Shown here one piece after another: positions 8,740 to 15,131 of a stretch of 28,786 nt of DNA. Source of the DNA: an uncultured Chthoniobacter sp. (GTDB taxonomy: Bacteria; Verrucomicrobiota; Verrucomicrobiia; Chthoniobacterales; UBA6821). Position numbers and translations under genes: made by a program. A model generated the notes under the pieces. It ran no database searches and was not told the DNA's origin. It worked only from the letters and a program-made list of their open reading frames with translations. Location of the stretch: positions 1-28,786 of the forward strand of contig CAYYAN010000002.1 of assembly GCA_964469825.1 (NCBI GenBank), read 5' to 3'. Within the stretch, counting starts at the first letter, position 1, and every line of letters begins with the position of its first letter.

Positions 8740-9176
8740 AATGCTGTAATAAGGTTTTGAAACATACTTCTGGCGGGAAGATTTTTTTCTAGAGATTCTT
8801 CATGATCTTTAAAAAGTTGCTCTAGTTCTTTAGGCTGTTTTGCTAAATAAAAAGCGAGAGCTCGTAAAGCGAGTGCAAAATCTTTTAAAGAAGACCCGGT
8901 TACGATTTTATTTTTCAACAACTGATGAGCTTCTGCAAATTGCCCTCCCATGATTTTGCAATAAGCCATTCCAACGCGAGGATAGGCTTCTTCAGGTTCC
9001 ACTAAGAGAAGCTGTCCAAAAAGAGCATGTCCTTCCCATGGAAAAATATTGTTTGAAGCCATAATGCCCATTTCCATGAACATTTGACGATCTTCCTTGC
9101 TCAGTACGCCAGTATGAGAAGAGTTAGCGTTAGTAGTATCATGGCCTGAGTGATGATCAGTAGTGTGGTGAGTCAT
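8736..9176 (-). CDS. Needle co-chaperone of the YscG/SsaH/EscG family
   Basis: MEMGIMASNNIFPWEGHALFGQLLLVEPE..RVGMAYCKI.GGQFAEA..LL resembles the SsaH-type short TPR. It lies directly downstream of the needle genes. Confidence 0.65.
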   Translation of the reverse strand: MTHHTTDHHSGHDTTNANSSHTGVLSKEDRQMFMEMGIMASNNIFPWEGHALFGQLLLVEPEEAYPRVGMAYCKIMGGQFAEAHQLLKNKIVTGSSLKDFALALRALAFYLAKQPKELEQLFKDHEESLEKNLPARSMFQNLITAL

Positions 9177-9251
9177 AAGAACAGATCTAAATAAGGTGCG
9201 ATGATAAAATAGGATAAGTTAATGCGAACTGTAAAAAACTTTTGAGAAAAA

Positions 9252-9599
9252 TTAAATATTTTGAATGATAGCTTTGATGAGTGTTTGAAACGAAGCATAC
9301 ATTTGTGAGGTCGATTGCACGGCATTTTCGTACTCACTCATAGTGAGCTGAACTTGAAGCAGGGCGGCAGGGTTGCTGGCATCAACGTTAAGAAGAGAGG
9401 TCTGCAGTGCAATAAAAGTCGAGGCAACTTGAGGGAACATGACGGCAGCAATGAAGTTGAGATTCATTCCATAGGTTGCATACGGAGAAATAACTCCAGG
9501 CATAGGGCTATTGCCAAGGGTGGTATCACCATTAGTTATAGACGTATAAGCAGGGTTATAAAAAGCAGGAGTAGTGGGCAAGCCTGATGGTGAAGCCAT
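9252..9599 (-). CDS. sctF: Needle subunit SctF, copy 2
   Basis: ASNPAALLQVQLTMSEYENAVQSTSQMYASFQTLIKAIIQNI aligns with PrgI PSDPALLAAYQSKLSEYNLYRNAQSNTVKVFKDIDAAIIQNFR. Confidence 0.8.
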   Translation of the reverse strand: MASPSGLPTTPAFYNPAYTSITNGDTTLGNSPMPGVISPYATYGMNLNFIAAVMFPQVASTFIALQTSLLNVDASNPAALLQVQLTMSEYENAVQSTSQMYASFQTLIKAIIQNI

Positions 9600-9614
9600 A
9601 AAAAGGAAAAAAGA

Positions 9615-9965
9615 CTAGATGTTTTGAATAATAGCTTTGATGAGTGTTTGAAACGAAGCATACATCTGTGAAGTTGACTGTACGGCATTTTCATACTCAC
9701 TCATGGTGAGCTGTACCTGGAGCAAAGCGGAAGGGTTGCTAGCATCAACATTGAGGAGTGACGTCTGAAGTGCAATAAAAGTAGATGCAACCTGGGGAAA
9801 CATAACAGCACCAATGAAGTTGAGATTCATTCCATAGGTTGCGTACGGAGAAATTACAGCCGACGCAAAAGGAGAGCTTGCTGTAACGAATGTTGTAGAC
9901 GTTATCTGCGAGAAGGAAGGATTGTAAAAAGCGGGAACAGTTGGTAACCCCTGCGGTGAAGCCAT
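9615..9965 (-). CDS. sctF: Needle subunit SctF, copy 1
   Basis: Same C-terminal 80 aa as 9252-9599 apart from two substitutions, with a PrgI/MxiH-like IIQN end. Confidence 0.8.
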   Translation of the reverse strand: MASPQGLPTVPAFYNPSFSQITSTTFVTASSPFASAVISPYATYGMNLNFIGAVMFPQVASTFIALQTSLLNVDASNPSALLQVQLTMSEYENAVQSTSQMYASFQTLIKAIIQNI

Positions 9966-10162
9966 AATGATAGAAGGTTGGTTTTAAAAAGTCCTATGAT
10001 GTTTGAAAGGAAGCTTAGTATAAATTTTGGATACAGAAATAACAGTAGACTACCCGATTTTTAAAAAAATCAACATAAATTATCTTTGAATGTATAAAAA
10101 TAAGAATTTGTTACTTGACATATGAATCGTAAAAATTCTTGTGTTAGTTTTTGGTGTTTTAT

Positions 10163-10194
10163 AAAAAGCCTAGAAATATTCGGGCTAGCTTTTT
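10163..10194. terminator. Imperfect hairpin flanked by A and T tracts, probable terminator of the glycan operon, built from a MITE end
   Basis: AAAAAGCCTAG-AAATATTCGG-GCTAG-CTTTTT, 20 nt downstream of the GT34 stop. Confidence 0.5.
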
Positions 10195-10213
10195 CAGTGA
10201 GAACAATTGTTTT

Positions 10214-10855
10214 TTAAAGATCTAATAATAAAGGTAGCTGTTCAGAGCTTGCTTGAAAGTAATGGTCTAAAAATGCTCGCCTATCGGGGTTGCTTGTGTT
10301 GGTAAGGTGGCAAAGAAAATCGCCCTCTTGCCATGGCTCTACAGCAAAGGGGAGAAGCTCTTGTGGGACTGCATTCAGTGTTCTTCTTGGAAGTACGTGA
10401 GTCAGAGAGCGGAAGCAAGTGGCTGCCTCACGAAGCGCATTTTGATCCCAAAGCGGAATATTAGCCCAATGAGTTTTTTTAAGGGCTAGTTCAATCATGG
10501 GGAGCGCATCAGGTGTTAGGATTAATCCTGCTGTAGAAAAATCATGAAGTGCAGCATCAACGCCCCAATCACGAGAGGCTGTCAATCCTGGACTGTAGGG
10601 AATTTTTTCTAAAGAAATTTCAGGATTAGTGATGAAAGAATCAGCATCAATCCATAGAAGGCGGTCGGTGGTGGGCAATATTTCAAAAAGCACACCGACT
10701 TTCGCCCATGCAGGATATTCATTAGGCTTTGGCTCGAGTAAAATATTGACAAACTCATAACCGTATCGGTGAGCATAGTCCTTTTTAGTGGCAGCAGTAA
10801 CTTCTACTACAGGCCTCATATTTTCTGTCCAAGCTGTCAGCACTAGTGTTCTCAT
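10214..10855 (-). CDS. Glycosyltransferase family 34 (Mnn10/Gma12-like, GT-A fold)
   Basis: TKKDYAHRYGYEF, WAKV, LLWIDADSFITNP (DxD), SRDW, and WDQNAL are GT34 signatures. ATG 10855 is preferred over GTG 10900. Confidence 0.8.
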   Translation of the reverse strand: MRTLVLTAWTENMRPVVEVTAATKKDYAHRYGYEFVNILLEPKPNEYPAWAKVGVLFEILPTTDRLLWIDADSFITNPEISLEKIPYSPGLTASRDWGVDAALHDFSTAGLILTPDALPMIELALKKTHWANIPLWDQNALREAATCFRSLTHVLPRRTLNAVPQELLPFAVEPWQEGDFLCHLTNTSNPDRRAFLDHYFQASSEQLPLLLDL

Positions 10856-11041
10856 GAGAGTCTTTTTAAATACTGTTGCTGGGGCGCAGGATTGTGTCAC
10901 TCCTATACTCGCGTGTGCTCCCGCTCGACCGGCGTTTGGTGGCTGTCTGACAAGAGTTCATCCAGCAGCCTCTCGGTCGGCTGTAAGCTCGCTTCTTGTC
11001 TTGCATCTGCATCAGCGGCTCTAAATACAAACTGGTTCTGT

Positions 11042-12697
11042 TCATAAGTCTAGAAAGCGTTTTGTAATGAGAGGATCATTAATAAATTGGTCTATATTTT
11101 TAGATCGGAGTGCTAATATCGCGATATCTTGATGTTCTGGTAAAAGCAATGGTAAAGATTCTGCTCGGAAAGGCTCAATGGGCCATTCGTGCCAGTAGAG
11201 TGCATCTGCTTTAAGATCGCGCAAGAACCATAAAATGGCATCTAAGGGATCTTCAATTTCTTCATAACAAATGAACTCAGCAGAAAGAAAGACAGCCCCT
11301 TCCTTGGTGAGTGCAAAATTTCCTAGTCTTAAGAAATTGAGATTCAGATTACGCAGTCGCAATTCATAGATTAAGCGCATCGCTGCACGCAGCAATGTGA
11401 AGCGATCATCAGATGAAATAGGAAATGTTGGAAAACGAGCTTGGGTTTGATCAAGGTTGAGAAGGAGATGATAGCCTGTATCATCCTCTGAACGTCCCAT
11501 CAGTGTTGGGAGTTCAGGAGTAATTCCTCCAACAGAGCGCCATACTTCAGCTTCTCTAATATGAATATTGAGAGCATTGAGATTTGCCGTTCGTTTTAAA
11601 AAAGTACGTGCGGCATGATTATCGCCAACAAGTAGTCTTCTTGTTTGTAGTGGAATAGTTGGTTTGTTCCAAGGGAGCATGCTTCCATGAACATCGATAT
11701 GTTCGGTTCCTTGCCAAGCAGGATCATGAATGCGCATGTCAGAACAACTAAAAAAAGTTCCTGCAAGCGAAAGGAACTTTCGTTGAGCTACAATAAAGTA
11801 GAGCGTTTGAGAGCCATCATCATATTCTCCAGCCACCTTAAAGTCATAACGAGAAGCGAGTAGATCATGACGCGGAGGAAGTTCTTCTGTGCTCGTAAAA
11901 AAAAGAAAATGAGCTCTATTTCCCAATTCACTAAGCGCAGAGACTAGATGTGGGCCATCTTGGCTAATCCAATGGTTCCAAGGTTGACGATGAAACCAGA
12001 CAGCATCAAAAGCATCAGCAGGAAGGCTAGAGACACTGCTAGGTTGAAAATCACATTGGGTGAATCCAACAGGCGGCTGTGAGGTTAAAGTTACGCCAGC
12101 ATTTTCTAGTTTTTTTGCCAAAGAAATCATTCCCGGGTTGCGTTCCACGGCTCCAATACGAGCCATACGGCCTAGAATAAAAGCATTTAATCCAAATTTT
12201 GAGCCAATTTCCATGAGAGAACTGATTTTTCGTGGAAGTAAAAGTTCTGATTCCCATGCTTTGTAACAGGCAATTTGTTTTGGTAGAGCGGCAAGATAGT
12301 GAATGACTCTTGGGTCTTTATTACCAGGAGGGACTCCCATGGATAAAGTCCATTGTTTGATGAAGTCCATCTTGTCAATGAGATGAATTTTTAAAAAGCT
12401 ATGCCATCCTTCTAGCTTTTGAATCAACACTTGGACGTTGTGTTCGAGACCAAGGCGGTTCGTTTCTACGATTGATTTTTGAACGACAATAAACTGAGCT
12501 TCGATTTGTTGACAAAAACCTGTTAACTGTTCGACGAGGGCCATCACCTGTTTTTCCTTTTCTGAGGGAGGTGCATCTCCTCGTTGAGCACGAAGCTTTA
12601 CAAGAAGCTCACGAGCTTGTTTTAGGTTTTCCATTGCTGGAACTCTCATGTTGCTCCAGTCTTTCCCGACTTGTTGAAGGATAGTGTTTTGATCCAT
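11042..12697 (-). CDS. WbdD-like fusion: N-terminal coiled coil, SAM-methyltransferase-like domain and degenerate kinase domain
   Basis: Collinear similarity to E. coli O9a WbdD as remembered: MEIGSKFG/LDLGCAQG, FDAVWF/FDLAIG, VAGEYD/LIGEFD, TRRLLVGDNH/SRRYFFGEDY, PTLMGRSE/PAVLAHGE, LRLGNFAL/VRPWNVMV. ATG 12697 lies 4 nt after the upstream stop. Confidence 0.65.
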   Translation of the reverse strand: MDQNTILQQVGKDWSNMRVPAMENLKQARELLVKLRAQRGDAPPSEKEKQVMALVEQLTGFCQQIEAQFIVVQKSIVETNRLGLEHNVQVLIQKLEGWHSFLKIHLIDKMDFIKQWTLSMGVPPGNKDPRVIHYLAALPKQIACYKAWESELLLPRKISSLMEIGSKFGLNAFILGRMARIGAVERNPGMISLAKKLENAGVTLTSQPPVGFTQCDFQPSSVSSLPADAFDAVWFHRQPWNHWISQDGPHLVSALSELGNRAHFLFFTSTEELPPRHDLLASRYDFKVAGEYDDGSQTLYFIVAQRKFLSLAGTFFSCSDMRIHDPAWQGTEHIDVHGSMLPWNKPTIPLQTRRLLVGDNHAARTFLKRTANLNALNIHIREAEVWRSVGGITPELPTLMGRSEDDTGYHLLLNLDQTQARFPTFPISSDDRFTLLRAAMRLIYELRLRNLNLNFLRLGNFALTKEGAVFLSAEFICYEEIEDPLDAILWFLRDLKADALYWHEWPIEPFRAESLPLLLPEHQDIAILALRSKNIDQFINDPLITKRFLDL

Positions 12698-12701
12698 ATG
12701 A

Positions 12702-13631
12702 TTAAGATTCAAGAACTCCAGGGAAGGCTTCTTCAAAAATTTTTTTGAAAAAATCGATATTGCGGAATTGACGTGATTGAATTACTGACCAGTCACGTTT
12801 TTTGCCTAAAATTTGAATTGGTTTGTTAAAAGCTCTTGCTACTGGAATCAGCCCAGAGTCAATGGAAATAATTTTATCAAACTCTCTTCGAGCCAGAAGG
12901 CGGGGAAGAGGAAGACAAGGTAAGGTTCCTCCAATCATCTTAAAAAACCTGATTTCTTCTTGGTCCGCTGGTTGTCGTGTTGTATAAAAAGGGTCAGGAG
13001 CAGTGAGGAGAATCTCATTGATCTCATCAGCATAGCTTGCCAAGTTGATGATTTTATCATCAACAATGCGTTCAGGTTGAAAGAGTGTAGTGCCAACAAA
13101 AAGATTCTTAGGGTAATGGTGAGTTTGGTTAATAAGAAAGCGATTGGCAATCCACCAACCCCGTTCTTCTTGAGGGATATCAACAAAGGGAATATTTTCG
13201 TTATATAAATTACTCAAAGAAGGAAGTTCAACAGAGTATTCTGTTGGAATTTTAAAATTAGCATGAGCTAAGAGAAAACGCGCGAAGCCAGAACAAGGAA
13301 CTTCTCTTATCGTAAGGCAACGGACTCCCAAGGAGGTGAAAAGCATTTCTATTTCTGGGCGAAGATTACATCCAATGACCAGGTCATATTTTTCAAGAGG
13401 AATGCGAGCATACTGATAATATTGCTCAATATGTTTTTTTAATGCGATGATCTCAGCCCACTCCAAAGGGGATAGATCAATGATTGGTTTAGCAAGAATA
13501 TCAACAGTAGGGAAAGAAGCAACTTGAAGCTGGTCCCAAAGGTAGTGTAATAAGCATTCTGTAGAAGCTCTTTCAGGAGAAACAGGATGATCAAGGTCGA
13601 CAGTAAGAAGGATTTTCATCTTATAATGCAA
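12702..13631 (-). CDS. Capsule/O-polysaccharide biosynthesis GT-B-like protein (KpsC/KpsS/GT99-like C-terminus)
   Basis: YDLVIGCNL..LFTSLGVRCLTI and the C-terminal FDKIISIDSGLIPVARAFNKPIQILGK resemble the xDxVxTxxSSxGxEAxxxGKPVxxLG motif. Alternative start at 13619. Confidence 0.45.
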   Translation of the reverse strand: MHYKMKILLTVDLDHPVSPERASTECLLHYLWDQLQVASFPTVDILAKPIIDLSPLEWAEIIALKKHIEQYYQYARIPLEKYDLVIGCNLRPEIEMLFTSLGVRCLTIREVPCSGFARFLLAHANFKIPTEYSVELPSLSNLYNENIPFVDIPQEERGWWIANRFLINQTHHYPKNLFVGTTLFQPERIVDDKIINLASYADEINEILLTAPDPFYTTRQPADQEEIRFFKMIGGTLPCLPLPRLLARREFDKIISIDSGLIPVARAFNKPIQILGKKRDWSVIQSRQFRNIDFFKKIFEEAFPGVLES

Positions 13632-13688
13632 ACTAGGTGACTACTACAGATGTGTTAATAATCTAAAGCAAGTGCTGATTAGTGGTCA

Positions 13689-13723
13689 GAAAGAGTAAAG
13701 AGTTAGAGGTAAAGAGGGAAGAG
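13689..13723 (-). repeat. Heptamer array (CTCTTTA-like units) in the leader of the glycan operon
   Basis: Plus-strand units GAAAGAG TAAAGAG TTAGAGG TAAAGAG GGAAGAG. Confidence 0.55.
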
Positions 13724-13728
13724 TAAAT

Positions 13729-13783
13729 ATACCATTCGTGTTTGATTTTTAGGTTTTGTTAATTGCTCTGTTTCTCTCTAGCA
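13729..13783 (-). promoter_or_regulatory. Candidate regulated promoter, copy A (towards the glycan operon)
   Basis: TGCTAGA-N19-AAAACCT-N16-TGGTAT, an ungapped match to the copies at 13834 and 28252. Confidence 0.55.
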
Positions 13784-13833
13784 TCGTTATAGAGTCTTGC
13801 GTTATGCCTGCATAGCGCTGCAATCCTCTGCCT

Positions 13834-13888
13834 TGCTAGAGAAAAACATTTCAGCGTAAAAAACCTAAAACTCCCACGCTCGTAGTAT
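13834..13888 (+). promoter_or_regulatory. Candidate regulated promoter, copy B (towards the 13928 gene)
   Basis: TGCTAGA-N19-AAAACCT-N16-TAGTAT. Confidence 0.55.
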
Positions 13889-13927
13889 CATCTCAACAAG
13901 TATTAACTTTAGAAAAAATTTATATTT

Positions 13928-14269
13928 ATGTTAACAGTTCAACGAATTCCTAATGAATTAAAAGTGATCTGGGATTTGGACGATGGTATTGCACGAGATC
14001 CTGCGGAGTTTGTGGCTTTGACAGTACTTCCCCAAGGATACTTACCTCAAGAATGTTCTTACTATTTTTTTGGAGAAAGAAAAGCACCGCTCTTAGAGTG
14101 GAAAGCTCTCATAACTTCTTTGCAGCCTTTGTTGGATCAACAAATAAAAATGAAGTTTATTTGCACCAGTCAGAAAATAGTTAATTGGTTGCAAGAAATG
14201 GGTGTTTCTCTGCTAGGAGAAATCAGGTTTGAACCTGCTTCATCTCTTAAAAAGGAGGAGAGGAAATAG
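13928..14269 (+). CDS. Small protein with weak STAS (anti-sigma antagonist)-like C-terminal half
   Basis: 113 aa. EWKALITSLQPLLDQQIKMKFICTSQKIVNWLQEMGVSLL resembles the STAS helix-strand-helix, but the canonical DSSG motif is absent. Confidence 0.4.
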   Translation: MLTVQRIPNELKVIWDLDDGIARDPAEFVALTVLPQGYLPQECSYYFFGERKAPLLEWKALITSLQPLLDQQIKMKFICTSQKIVNWLQEMGVSLLGEIRFEPASSLKKEERK

Positions 14270-14411
14270 GGCTTTATTGTATCAAAAGTAAATGAAGCCC
14301 TGGTAGATGAAAGAGGGATCTTTCGAGAAAAATAAATAATTTGTTGCTTTTTAGTAAATGATGAATAACTTTCTAAAATGAAAAGAGTTGTATCATTTCT
14401 ATCGATTTTCC

Positions 14412-14605
14412 TTAGTTCTTTTTTTCTGCAGTCAGTTTAGCAGCCTTCCGGTCAGCTGTATAGTTGGCGGTCTGACAAGGCCGAAGAGCGCTATCTTCTG
14501 GTAATGTGAGTGGTGTCACTACTGTGAGGCGTTAATAACAACAAGTCCAATAGTCGAGATGATAAGTGAAGATGATATCAAACAAAAATCGAACCTTATT
14601 TTCAA
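14412..14605 (-). pseudogene. Possible frameshifted small secreted peptide gene
   Basis: TTG-start ORF MKIRFDFCLISSSLIISTIGLVVINASQ* looks like a Sec signal peptide. Adding one base at TCA CAG TAG TG continues the frame as VVTPLTLPEDSALRPCQTANYTADRKAAKLTAEKKN*. Confidence 0.25.
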
Positions 14606-14653
14606 AAATCAACTTTTTTTGACAGAGAGTTCCGCACGGACACTAATCAAAAA

Positions 14654-15115
14654 TTAGCAATCGATTTTTTTAAAAATAAAAATCAATGCTTCTTCAGCAT
14701 GAAGAGAGCTTTTAGCCGCTTGCGCCTTGAAAAAACGAGACTGAGGGCGTGGTGGCGCTTGTATAATCGAAGAGAAACCGGAGTGAGTAGATGTTATCGA
14801 AAAAAGCTCATATCCCTTCAGCGTATACTCATTAAGGAGAGATTCCATTTGGCTACAAAGCAAATCATAGTTTACACTTGCATCTTGCCTTTGTATTCGC
14901 TTTTGTTGAAGGAATAGTTTTGGCACTTTAAGCTTACCAAAAACCACCCATTTTAATTGAAGCGATGAAACGCTTTCTGTTTCTCTTGGATATCGTAAAT
15001 GAACCACCTGCCACTTTAAAGAAAGCGAATTTTCTTTTATGACTATCTCTGCCTCGTTGAGTTCGGAATCTTGCATCTCTTCTGTTGATCGTAAAGTATT
15101 ATTTATGTCATTCAA
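14654..15115 (-). CDS. DUF4177-like protein
   Basis: MESLLNEYTLKGYELFSIT ... LIFIFKK fits the LNxxxxxGWELV...FxFKR pattern. The start is uncertain. Confidence 0.5.
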   Translation of the reverse strand: MNDINNTLRSTEEMQDSELNEAEIVIKENSLSLKWQVVHLRYPRETESVSSLQLKWVVFGKLKVPKLFLQQKRIQRQDASVNYDLLCSQMESLLNEYTLKGYELFSITSTHSGFSSIIQAPPRPQSRFFKAQAAKSSLHAEEALIFIFKKIDC

Positions 15116-15131
15116 GTCTTGCTTTAGTTTT

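Noticed and set aside
10960..11005. Resemblance of the minus strand (..AGCTTACAGCCGACC) to the RNase P RNA 3' end, and of 14440-14460 to its 5' end
   Set aside because: The universal GAGGAAAGUCC and ACAGAACCCGGCUUA elements are absent, and protein-coding genes fill the space between.
11042..11700. Active Ser/Thr kinase effector (like chlamydial Pkn5 in T3SS loci)
   Set aside because: The catalytic Lys, HxD Asp and DFG Asp are all replaced, and the domain context matches WbdD rather than Pkn kinases.
13770..13845. Inverted repeat TCTCTAGCA/TGCTAGAGA as a MITE or terminator
   Set aside because: It is better explained as the facing upstream boxes of two divergent promoter copies, since similarity continues outward on both sides.
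14465..14480. Neisseria-type DNA uptake sequence (GCCGTCTGAA-like)
   Set aside because: There are only two imperfect look-alikes in 29 kb, far below DUS density.
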